Below are positions 10,024 to 19,539 of a stretch of 32,000 bases of DNA, piece after piece (position 1 is the first letter of the stretch; every line of letters starts with the position of its first letter). The translations under genes were made by a program, and so were the position numbers. Location of the stretch: positions 480,001-512,000 of the forward strand of contig NC_000916.1 of NCBI RefSeq assembly GCF_000008645.1. Direction: 5' to 3'. The notes beneath the pieces were generated by a model. That model searched no databases and was not told where the DNA came from. It saw nothing but the letters and a program-made list of their open reading frames with translations. This stretch comes from Methanothermobacter thermautotrophicus str. Delta H. GTDB lineage: Archaea > Methanobacteriota > Methanobacteria > Methanobacteriales > Methanothermobacteraceae.

Positions 10024-11337
10024 ATGGAATCCAGAAGAGCTGATGATGTCCCATCCACGGGAAAGGGGATCATCAACCGTCTCCAGGAGCGAATTCCAGA
10101 AGGGATTGTGCCCTTCATCCCCGTGATAATCGTGGCATTTCTCCTCATCCTCAAACCATACTACCTTTTCCCCACCCACGGCGACCTGGACTTCCACCTT
10201 GTGAGGGCGAGGGAGATACTCATGGACCCCATCCAGGGGCTGTTCTGGGACTACCTGGTCTATTACCCTCAGGGGCGACCCCTGGGCCACCCTCCGCTCA
10301 TCCAGGCAGTTATTGCAGGTCTCTGGATGTATGGTGGTCTGAGGTTCGCCCACTCCATCATGTGCATGGCCCAGATACTTGTCACCGTATTCACGGCATC
10401 CTGGGTGGCCTCAAGGTGGTATGGTAGGCAGGCGGGGCTGATAGCAGGGGCACTGGTACTTGCATCCCCCCGCCCAGACACCCTCTCTGTTATAATGCCC
10501 GCAGCCTACATCCCTGTCCTGGTGGTCCTGACGGTGTACCTCCTGGGGGAGGACCGGCTGTCTGCAGCGGTGACAGGGACCCTGGCGCTCTGGACCCACT
10601 TCATAGCCCTCATAACGGTGGTGCCGGCTGTGATGGCGGATGGCATCAGGAGGAACCTCAGGGTGATTGCTGCACTTCTGCCCTCACTGATACTCTGGTG
10701 GGCCTACTTCCTCAGCTTCAGGGGGGCACCCCAGGAGGCCTCCACCGGCGGGTACCTCAGCGTCACCTGGCTGGTATTCATGGTACTCCTCTACTTCGGA
10801 ATCCCTGGCCTCTACCTTGTGAGGGAAAGGAGGGAGTTCCGGCCCCTCCTGGTCTACATGGTCGTGGTGCTTGCAGCCGAATTCCTCTTCGACGACATAT
10901 CACGGGGTCTGCAGTACGTGGCCCTTCCCCTGGCAGTTGTGGGGGGTTATGCAGGCTCAAGGATGCTTGAAAATTCATCAGGGGTTGTGAAGCTGGTTAC
11001 AGTGGTCCTGATAATCTCATCAGCCACAGTATTCACGGAGCAGCTGCTACTCACGGATATGAGGTGGTCAGATACTGTTATACCCTTTGAGAACCATTAC
11101 CACCCCCTCAAGGAGTACATTGAAACCCATACGGGCCCGGATGAGGTGGTATGGGCCTCCAGTTCCATTGCAGATAAGGTGGCCTGGATGACAGGGAGGA
11201 GGGTCTCCAGCGGTCACTACGGCCCTCCCCCCGGCTTCAGGGAGACCCACCAGAGGATCAACATCTATGATGAGAACGGAAAGTTTGTGGTGAGGGATGA
11301 AAAAAACAGGACGGTGGATGTTATATATCCTCTATAG
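10024..11337 (+). CDS. Polytopic membrane protein, GT-C glycosyltransferase/oligosaccharyltransferase-like
   Basis: 437 aa with many TM stretches. A luminal-loop-like HGDLDFHLVRAREI after TM1 is typical of GT-C enzymes. Confidence 0.55.
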   Translation: MESRRADDVPSTGKGIINRLQERIPEGIVPFIPVIIVAFLLILKPYYLFPTHGDLDFHLVRAREILMDPIQGLFWDYLVYYPQGRPLGHPPLIQAVIAGLWMYGGLRFAHSIMCMAQILVTVFTASWVASRWYGRQAGLIAGALVLASPRPDTLSVIMPAAYIPVLVVLTVYLLGEDRLSAAVTGTLALWTHFIALITVVPAVMADGIRRNLRVIAALLPSLILWWAYFLSFRGAPQEASTGGYLSVTWLVFMVLLYFGIPGLYLVRERREFRPLLVYMVVVLAAEFLFDDISRGLQYVALPLAVVGGYAGSRMLENSSGVVKLVTVVLIISSATVFTEQLLLTDMRWSDTVIPFENHYHPLKEYIETHTGPDEVVWASSSIADKVAWMTGRRVSSGHYGPPPGFRETHQRINIYDENGKFVVRDEKNRTVDVIYPL

Positions 11338-11430
11338 ACTATCTCAAATTCCTAAGCAGTTAGAGAGTAGATAATAATCACATCTAAATTGAGGGAAAGA
11401 TTAAATCCAACCAACTAACTTATTAAATCC

Positions 11431-12705
11431 ATGAAACCCAATCTGAGGAGGGAACTCGGTCTCTTCGACGCGGTGAACCTGGTGGTGGGGACCATCGTGG
11501 GGGCCGACATATACATAGTGGCTGCCTATGGCGCCGGTAGCCTTGGCCCGGCATCGATACTCGCCTGGCTGCTCGCCGGACTCATGGCCCTCATAATCGC
11601 CCTTGTATTCTCTGAGGCCTCAGCCATGCTCCCCAGGACAGGGGGCCCCTACGTCTATGCAGGCGAGGCCCTCGGGAGGTTCACGGGTTTCATCACCGGC
11701 TGGTCCCTCTGGGTCTCATCATGGGTTGCCATAGCTGTTTTCCCCCTTGCCTTCATCTACTACCTTGAATACTTCATCCCCCTTGACCCCCCTGCTGAGG
11801 CCGTGATAAAGGTCCTCTTCATCCTCTCACTCACCATCATAAACATTGCAGGGGTCGGGAGGGCCGGTAAGGTCAACGATATCCTCACAATCCTAAAGGT
11901 CGCCCCGGTGCTCCTCTTCGCGGTCCTGGGCGCCATACACCTTGCACTGAACCCCGGGCTCCTGGTATCAAATTACACTCCAGCTGCACCCATGGGCCTC
12001 GGGGCCCTGGGTACTGTGACTGTCCTGGTATTCTGGGCCTATGTTGGCTTTGAGCTTGTGACAGTCCCCGCGGATGAGGTCAGGGACCCTGAGAGGACAA
12101 TACCCCTCTCCATAACACTGGGGATGATCTTTGTCACCCTATTCTACATCCTCACCAACGCTGTTATCCTTGGCCTTGTACCCTGGAGGGTCCTTGCATC
12201 CTCAACCGCGCCCCTCACGGTGGCCGGTTACAGCCTCATGGGGGGCATCGGGGCCCTCATACTCACAGCGGGTGCTGTGTTCTCCATTGCCGGTTCAGAG
12301 GAGGCAGGTATGCTCACAACTGCAAGGCTTCTCTTTGCCATGTCAGAGGATGGGTTCCTCCCGGGCTTCCTCTCCAGGGTCCACAGGAGGTTCGGCACCC
12401 CACACATGAGCATCCTGGTCCAGAACCTCACAGCCCTCTTAGCGGCACTTACAGGCACCGTTTCGGGCCTCATCGAGCTCTCTGTGGTTACCCTGCTCCT
12501 CCCCTACGCTGTGACATGCATCTCACTGGCCATCCTGAGGAGGAGGGATGGTTCAGGCATCCCCCTTAAGAGTGTTCTGGGTGTACTGGTCTGCATCTAC
12601 CTCCTCATGAACACCACACCATCCACCACTGCCTGGGGACTCCTCCTGATCCTTTCAGGGGCACCCCTCTATCTGATATTCGGATTTAAAAGGCTGCGCC
12701 GCTGA
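11431..12705 (+). CDS. APC-superfamily amino acid permease
   Basis: About 12 TM helices; LFDAVNLVVGTIVGADIYIV, GGPYVYAGEALG and FWAYVGFELVTVPADEVRDPERTIP motifs. Confidence 0.85.
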   Translation: MKPNLRRELGLFDAVNLVVGTIVGADIYIVAAYGAGSLGPASILAWLLAGLMALIIALVFSEASAMLPRTGGPYVYAGEALGRFTGFITGWSLWVSSWVAIAVFPLAFIYYLEYFIPLDPPAEAVIKVLFILSLTIINIAGVGRAGKVNDILTILKVAPVLLFAVLGAIHLALNPGLLVSNYTPAAPMGLGALGTVTVLVFWAYVGFELVTVPADEVRDPERTIPLSITLGMIFVTLFYILTNAVILGLVPWRVLASSTAPLTVAGYSLMGGIGALILTAGAVFSIAGSEEAGMLTTARLLFAMSEDGFLPGFLSRVHRRFGTPHMSILVQNLTALLAALTGTVSGLIELSVVTLLLPYAVTCISLAILRRRDGSGIPLKSVLGVLVCIYLLMNTTPSTTAWGLLLILSGAPLYLIFGFKRLRR

Positions 12706-12751
12706 AGGGCCTCAGATTTTTTGGAACTTAACGAAGCACCAGCAATCATCA

Positions 12752-14800
12752 TTATCCCGTGTGAAATGTCTTGGCCCACCTCCGCTCCCGGCGCCGGATC
12801 ATATGGACCGCTGCAACGATGAAAAGGGGTAGAAGGTAGAGGCAGTAGGCCCAGTATTCAATGGATAGGATCAGCGTCCGTGGCAGACTGTACCCGTCCC
12901 GCCGTATACCTGTTATTACAAGGGGGAAAAATGCTATGGTGGATATGATGCCTATTATGAAGGGTGCGTTCATCCTCAGGGTGAAGCCTGCGAGGTTAAG
13001 GATGAATACAACGTATCCCAGCATCACAAAGCCTATGAATAGCATTGAGAAGAGGTAGAACAGGGAGTCAAGTTTCCTGTGGAGTGTTATGGGAGCGTCA
13101 ATGAGGGGGGCGAGGTATACGAAGAGGGTCTCCAGGTTCCCTATGAGCCAGCGGGTCCTCTGCCTGAAGAAGGCTGGCCAGTCACCCACCGCCTCCTGGA
13201 AGACCTCTGCTTCGGATGAGAACTTCACATCATAGCCCCTTAGCATCAGCTTAACACTGAGGTTGAGGTCCTCTGTAACCGCGTAGCCATCCCAGCCACC
13301 GATCTCCTCAACAGCCCTCCTCTTAACCAGCTGCCCGTTACCCCCCAGGAAGGCCGGTACACCCATCTTCATCCTTGACCTCATGATGAGGTTACCGAAC
13401 AGGGCGAATTCAATATCCTGCATCTTTGTGAGGAGGTTCTCATCTGCATTGTACATCCTCACACGGGACTGCACCCCTGCAACATCCTCACCATCAAGGT
13501 AGGGCACCATCTTCCTGAGAAAGTCAGGTTCAACCCTTGCATCAGCATCGAAGACCGCTATAATATCCCCCTCGGCAAGGGTGATACCATCATTGAGGGC
13601 ATAACCCTTCCGTTGAAGGCGAAGGGGGCTTTCCTTGTTACAGCCTTGAGGTGCCGGTGCTTCCTGAGGAGCCCCTCCAGTATCTCACCGGTCCTGTCTG
13701 TGGAGCCATCATTAACAACTATTATCTCATAGTTCCTCTCACCATTTACATGGTAGTCCAGGGCTGACAGTGTCTCAACACAGCCTTCTATGGTGTTCTC
13801 CTCATTATTGGCAGGGACTATTATACTCACCATTGGCATAGCAGATGATGAGGGTTTCTCAGGCTCCCCGAAGCTGAAGGCAAGGTGCATGAGGCTGTAG
13901 ACCGTCGGTATGAAGAGGGTGTACATGAGCCAGGTCATGCTCCCTGTGATGAAGCCATAGACTGCAAGAGCAGTTATAACTGATGATACAAAGAAGATTC
14001 CTGTCTTTTCTATCTTCATCTCCTCGGCCTTGGTTACAAGGACCTCCCTCACCCTCCTTGAGTAATCCTCTGTGGTCCTGAGATTTTCAAGAACAACCTC
14101 GATCTCGGCCTGCAGCTGCTCGGTGTTTAAGGGTTTGAGGAGGTAGCCATAGGGTTCACTCTCAAGGATCCTTGATAGGGTCGCATCATCCGAGTAGGCG
14201 GTCAGGTATATCACAGGGATCCCGTATCTTTCCTGTATCCTCTCTGCAGCCTTGATACCATCCATCTCACCCCTGATGTATACGTCCATTATCACAACAT
14301 CCGGTTCAAGCTCCGATGCAGCTGCAATGGCGCCCTCACCAGTATCGTGGACACCAAGGACCCTGAAACCTGCATTTTCAAGTTTCTGCTTGAGATCCGC
14401 TGCTATGATGGCCTCGTCCTCCACGATTAAAACACCCGGCACCGGTCCCCTCACTGCAGTTTCATGGACCTTGAGGATGTCCCTGACATCGGCCCGGTAC
14501 CTCCTGAGGGCCGTTTCAACCGCTGCCCTGAGTTTCCGGTCATCGTAGGGTTTGAGGAGGTAGCCATAGGCGCCTGCCCTACGCGCCCTCCCTATGGTTT
14601 CCGGGTCAGAGTATGCTGTGAGAAAAACAACCGGTACCATCATCCATGAGGACAAGGTCTGGCCTCTTCTCAGCTATGAGTTTCAGAGCCTCTCTCCCGT
14701 CACCGGCAGCTCCAACCACCTCATAGCCCATCCTCTCAAGGCGTGTCCTGAGGTCAGCTGCAATGAGTGCCTCATCCTCGACTATAAGAATCGAAGTCAC
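12752..14800 (-). CDS. Two receiver (REC) domains + TM + family 2 processive glycosyltransferase; disrupted in REC1 (about 14640) and in the GT2 domain (about 13624-13628)
   Basis: REC1: [25 protein letters not shown]...DLVLMD | [11 protein letters not shown]...[11 protein letters not shown]2: [14 protein letters not shown]...DVVIMD...YLTAYSDD...YLLKP. GT2: [16 protein letters not shown]...VNDGSTD. C-terminal [10 protein letters not shown] (QxxRW). Fragments lie in ORFs 14606-14800, 13558-14655 and 12752-13510. Confidence 0.75.
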
Positions 14801-14926
14801 TGCCAGCCACCCCCGGAACTTAAAACATGCTCCATCAACTATTCCCCCATCCTATTTAAACCTGAAACATTACAGGGCTCAGGGATTGGCCAGCTCCTGA
14901 TTAAGTTCTGTCCCGAAGCTTAAGCA

Positions 14927-16579
14927 TCATCTCCTGAGCCATTTCATGAATCCCCTTAATCCCATGGTGTTAAGCACGTCCCCTGCCTCTGCCCAGCCAC
15001 GCCTGGCGGTGATGACACCCCAGCTGATGTTCTCCAGGGCCCCACGGGAGTGGGCGTCACTGTTGATCGCGATTTTACAGCCCATATCAACTGCCATCTT
15101 AACATGCGTATCCCTCAGGTCAATTCTGAGGGGGTTGGAGTTAACCTCAAGGGCCACACCCGCCTCAGCAGCCCCCTCAATCACCCTCTCAATATCAACG
15201 ACGGGCTCGGGTGAGCCCAGCACCCTCCCCGTGGGGTGGCCTATGATACTCACAGGGTCATGGTCCATTGCAGCAAGGAGCCTCTCTGTCAGGTTGCCGG
15301 GATCATGGATGCTCGCTATGACAAGGTCAAAGTTCTTCAGAGCCCCGTCAGGGACCTCAAGGTTACCATCATGCAGGATGCTGACCTCAACACCCGCCAG
15401 GACATCGATCTCCTCAATCCTCTCAGCCGCCCTGAAGTAGGCGTCGGGGTCATCGATGTATCTTGCATGGTCTGTGATGGCTATGTACTCCCTCCCGAGT
15501 ACCGAGGCGTACTCTGCCATCTGCTCCATCGAATCGATCCCGTCACTGAAGAGGCTGTGCATGTGGAGGTCCCCCCTTATATCCAGAGGTGTTACAAGTT
15601 CAGGGAGTTCATCCCTGGCCGCAGCCTCCACCTCGCCACGGTTCTCCCTGAGCTCGGGTTCAATGTAGCTCAGGCCAAGTGCCTCCAGGACCCCGGCCTC
15701 GGTTCTCCCGGCCACCCTCTCATCACCCCTGAAGAGGCCGTATTCGCTCAGCTTCATTGAGGATGATATCGCCCTCCTCCTTAGCTCCACGTTGAACTCC
15801 CAGGACCCTGTGAAGTAGAGGAGGGCTGAACCGAAGACCTCATCATCGAAGACCCTGAGGTCACAGTCGAGGCCCTCCCTGAGCCTCACGGTGGATTTCC
15901 TTGGACCCCTAACCACAACCTCCTCGACTTCATCCATGGATGTGAAGTGGTCCATGACAGCCTCGGGATCTGTGGCTGTTACCAGGATGTCAATGTCACC
16001 CACGGTCTCACGGCCCCTCCTTATGGATCCTGCAACCTCAACCCTCTGAACCCCCTCAAGTTCAAGGAGCCCTGCCTTTATCCTGGATGCCAGGGGGACA
16101 ACGTAGGCCAGGGGTCTTCTTGAGATCCTTGACCTTGCAAGTTCGATGTTCCGGAGTATCATGGCCTCCCTCTTCTCACCCATACCCCTCAGTCTCCGGA
16201 TGCGGTGCCTCCTTGCCTGCTCCTCCAGGTCGGCGAGGGTCTTTATCCCCAGTTCCTCGTAGAGGAGTTTAACTGTTCTTGGCCCCACGCCCTCCACCGA
16301 GAGGAGGGAATCAAGGTCCACCGGGTACTCCTCTGAGAGTCTCTCAAGGAGCTGCAGGGACCCCGTGGAGAGGATCTCCTCTATCTTCCCGGCGATGTTC
16401 CTCCCTATTCCTGGAAGTTCCTGGAGTCTGCCCCTGGCTGCAACCTCCTCTATATCCTCATTGAGGAATTCAACCGTCCTTGCAGCCCTCCTGTAGGCCT
16501 TTGTCCTGAATTCATCTCCCGCCAGTTCCATGTAGTCAGCCACACGGTTCAGTATGTGGGCCACAAGATGATTCTTCAT
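14927..16579 (-). CDS. polX: Family X DNA polymerase with C-terminal PHP domain
   Basis: HhH motifs (LPGIGRNIAGKIEEI, VEGVGPRTVKLLY), VAGSIRRGRETVGDIDILV polymerase active site, and DIRGDLHMHSLFSDG...HPTGRVLG...NSDAHS PHP motifs. Confidence 0.93.
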   Translation of the reverse strand: MKNHLVAHILNRVADYMELAGDEFRTKAYRRAARTVEFLNEDIEEVAARGRLQELPGIGRNIAGKIEEILSTGSLQLLERLSEEYPVDLDSLLSVEGVGPRTVKLLYEELGIKTLADLEEQARRHRIRRLRGMGEKREAMILRNIELARSRISRRPLAYVVPLASRIKAGLLELEGVQRVEVAGSIRRGRETVGDIDILVTATDPEAVMDHFTSMDEVEEVVVRGPRKSTVRLREGLDCDLRVFDDEVFGSALLYFTGSWEFNVELRRRAISSSMKLSEYGLFRGDERVAGRTEAGVLEALGLSYIEPELRENRGEVEAAARDELPELVTPLDIRGDLHMHSLFSDGIDSMEQMAEYASVLGREYIAITDHARYIDDPDAYFRAAERIEEIDVLAGVEVSILHDGNLEVPDGALKNFDLVIASIHDPGNLTERLLAAMDHDPVSIIGHPTGRVLGSPEPVVDIERVIEGAAEAGVALEVNSNPLRIDLRDTHVKMAVDMGCKIAINSDAHSRGALENISWGVITARRGWAEAGDVLNTMGLRGFMKWLRR

Positions 16580-16697
16580 GCATTATAATATGGTGGCCAT
16601 CATTAACCAGACTTTTGGTTCAGGGAAACAGTAAATTTATTAATCGTGTGGATTGAATTAATCATGTAAATGAATATACTGTGGTGGGGGTTTTCAT

Positions 16698-19259
16698 TTG
16701 AGTGATGGGAGGGCAAATCCTTCAGAGAAAGTGAACCTGAGCCTTGCTGAAGAATCTTTCATTACATTCCTCCAGGATAATCTTCCTGATGACTGGAAAA
16801 TCTATTTTAAACCTCATCTTAACGGTTCCTACCCTGACCTCATAATCATGAACCCCCATGTCGGGATAATGATCTACAGTATCCTTGATGAAGTCAACTG
16901 CACCCCTGAAGCTGAAATAAGGCGACTGGGATATTACAAGAAGAAGATAATACGGCAGCTGGTCCCATCCATGGGTGAGATGATTGATAAAGAGAGGAGC
17001 GCCTATGGTATCATCCGGACAGGTGTATATGTTCATGGACTATCCAGCAGGGAAGTTAAGGATAAGTTCAAATCTGGAGGGAGTTACCTTACCTGTGCCG
17101 GCCATGACAGCCTTCAGAAATCAAACCTGGAGGCCCTGATACCCGGTCTGAGGTTCCGTAAGAGCAAATACATGAAACCTGAATGGGCATCGCAGCTTGA
17201 ATCCTGGATGGTCCCCAGCTATCACAGGGAGAAAAGGACTGATATCAGGCTTACAGAGGAGCAGGAACGACATGTAAAGCCACAACCAGGACACAGAAGA
17301 CTCAGAGGAGCTGCTGGGAGTGGTAAAACTCTGGTAATAGCCCACAGAGCAGCGCGACTGGCTGCTGATGGGCACCGCGTACTCATAGTAACCTTTAACA
17401 GCACACTCTGGCAGTATATCAGGGAGATGGTGGATAGGACCCTCTACAACTTTGACTGGTCCCTCCTGACGTTCAGGCACTTCCACGGGTTCTGCTACGA
17501 CATTATACATGAGCTTAAAATCCCCTTTGACCAGGAGAGGGTTGTCGAGTGTCTCATAGGGTCAATCCGGGACCATGATATTTCAGAATACATGTTTGAT
17601 GCTGTCCTTATTGATGAGGGCCAGGATTTTGAGTGGGAATGGTACAACCTGCTATCCCAGTTCCTGACAGAAAGGGATGAACTGTTCTTTGTATGCGACG
17701 AAAGACAGAACATATATGACAGGGAGCTCAGCTGGGTCGACAAGATGTCAGGCGCAGGAAAGGTTAAGTTCCGGGGAAAATGGAGGGAACTTGGGACAGT
17801 TCATCGACTATCACCAAAGATAGCTGAATTTGCAAATAAATTTGCTCAAAGTTTCCTTAGATCAGGGGATAATGAATTAGATGTCAGCCAGAAAACCCTC
17901 TTTGATAACCGTGAAGCCGTGTGGAGAAACGTGGACCCCCATGACTGGCAGGATGAACTATATGACGCCTACAGTTCCCTCAGGGATATGGGTGTTCGTG
18001 ACTCAGAAATAGCTGTACTGGTACCCACCAATGATATGGGTGTGAAGGTTGCTGAATTCTTCAGATCAATGAACGTGAAAACCGACCACCTCTTCAGGAA
18101 GAATGGTGCCGGTAACAAGAGGGTATTCGTATCCGATGGGCGGATGAAGATAAGCACAATACACAGCTTCAAGGGATGGGAAGCAAGAAGTGTGATAATC
18201 TGGATACCTGACAGATGGGGACAGGAAGAGAACCTTGACGCAGTCATATACACCGCGATAACCAGGACCCTTGAAAACCTCATCATACTGAACACCAATG
18301 AAAGGTACCTTGAATTCTATGAAAACGATGAGGACGTTGAAATTCCCGATATAACTGAAGATGAGATGGACCCTGAACTTGAGGAATGGATTGAGACACT
18401 CCCGTACCCACTCGCCTCCATCATCTGGGAGAGCATGACCATAACGAGCTATGAGAGCAGGGTCAGATATCTCATTCACTTCTTTGAGGCCCTTGCAGAG
18501 TTCAACTTCAACCTCATTATGAGCGGTCTATCCTCTGACGAATTCTTCTTTGATATGAGGGTTAGGGAAACCTTTGGAGGTGTTAAAAATAATCTTGAAA
18601 GGCCCACCTTCGGGTACTGGACGGCACTCCTCTTCAGGGCAATCAGAAGCCTGAGGATGGTGCTGAATGATAGGTACCATAAAAACCAGGTCCGCAAATC
18701 CTTTGGAAAGCCAGATGATGACTTTATAAATGCACTGGCCAACAGCAAGCTCCCTGTAATACTGAAAAATGTTTTAAAGTACCGTAACGTCTGGGAGGGG
18801 CATGGCCCGCGAGTTTCCGAGGATGAATACCGTAAACGTTACAGTGTACTGATAGGGGAGCTAAGGAATGTTAAGGATGTGATCGGGGACATTTACACCC
18901 GCAATTTCCTGGTCATCCCCAGTGAGGGAATCCTGGATGGTGGTGTGCACCGGTACACAGCAAAGCGTTACATGACAACGAGGGCCCCCTTCAGGGCTGT
19001 GAAACTGGAAAGTGAGAAACCCATGGACATTAACAGTATATACCTTGCAAACCCAAACAAGAGGAGGCACCTGGAACTCCTGCCCCTTATAATCAATAAT
19101 GATGACACCTGCTACTTCTACAACGGGATTGATGATGAAACTGGTAAGGCGAGGTACTGTTCCTACCATAACAAGGACAAGGCTGAAATATTTGTAAACC
19201 CACCTCCTAAACTTGTAAATCTGCAAGAAATGCTGAATCAAACTGACTCCTACAATTAA
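16698..19259 (+). CDS. SF1 helicase with degenerate nuclease-like N-terminus and C-terminal HEPN-like region
   Basis: TTG start after GGTGGGGG. N-term YPDLIIMNPHVGIMIYSILDE; Walker A LRGAAGSGKT; Walker B VLIDEGQDF; KISTIHSFKGWEARSVII; YTAITRTLENLIIL; RNVWEGHG at residues 696-703. Confidence 0.85.
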   Translation: MSDGRANPSEKVNLSLAEESFITFLQDNLPDDWKIYFKPHLNGSYPDLIIMNPHVGIMIYSILDEVNCTPEAEIRRLGYYKKKIIRQLVPSMGEMIDKERSAYGIIRTGVYVHGLSSREVKDKFKSGGSYLTCAGHDSLQKSNLEALIPGLRFRKSKYMKPEWASQLESWMVPSYHREKRTDIRLTEEQERHVKPQPGHRRLRGAAGSGKTLVIAHRAARLAADGHRVLIVTFNSTLWQYIREMVDRTLYNFDWSLLTFRHFHGFCYDIIHELKIPFDQERVVECLIGSIRDHDISEYMFDAVLIDEGQDFEWEWYNLLSQFLTERDELFFVCDERQNIYDRELSWVDKMSGAGKVKFRGKWRELGTVHRLSPKIAEFANKFAQSFLRSGDNELDVSQKTLFDNREAVWRNVDPHDWQDELYDAYSSLRDMGVRDSEIAVLVPTNDMGVKVAEFFRSMNVKTDHLFRKNGAGNKRVFVSDGRMKISTIHSFKGWEARSVIIWIPDRWGQEENLDAVIYTAITRTLENLIILNTNERYLEFYENDEDVEIPDITEDEMDPELEEWIETLPYPLASIIWESMTITSYESRVRYLIHFFEALAEFNFNLIMSGLSSDEFFFDMRVRETFGGVKNNLERPTFGYWTALLFRAIRSLRMVLNDRYHKNQVRKSFGKPDDDFINALANSKLPVILKNVLKYRNVWEGHGPRVSEDEYRKRYSVLIGELRNVKDVIGDIYTRNFLVIPSEGILDGGVHRYTAKRYMTTRAPFRAVKLESEKPMDINSIYLANPNKRRHLELLPLIINNDDTCYFYNGIDDETGKARYCSYHNKDKAEIFVNPPPKLVNLQEMLNQTDSYN

Positions 19260-19539
19260 TCTCCAGGCTTCATATGAGATAACTCTCTTTATTCCCAGAT
19301 ACATTCCCATGCAGATTTGCAGAGGAGCCTGAGACCATTGATGATTTTGAAGAAACATTGCCAGAAGAAATGTTAGAGGAACCGAATATCTTGAGGACAT
19401 CAAATAGATCCTGATGTCTACCAGAGGTGTATTCAAAGGGAAATGGAAAAACTTCCGTTTCTGTAATAGAACTACGAAATACTGGAACTTTTAGATGCTG
19501 AATTAACCGGATCATCACCTTAAAAAAATAAATATGATA

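Noticed and set aside
9688-10353. 221-aa minus ORF taken as a whole
   Set aside because: Only the part from 9975 downward is credible (zinc ribbon). Upstream residues are antisense to the GT-C-like gene and have no coding character.
18861-19436. 191-aa minus-strand ORF overlapping the helicase 3' end
   Set aside because: Mostly antisense to the helicase gene. The protein looks random with no family motif.
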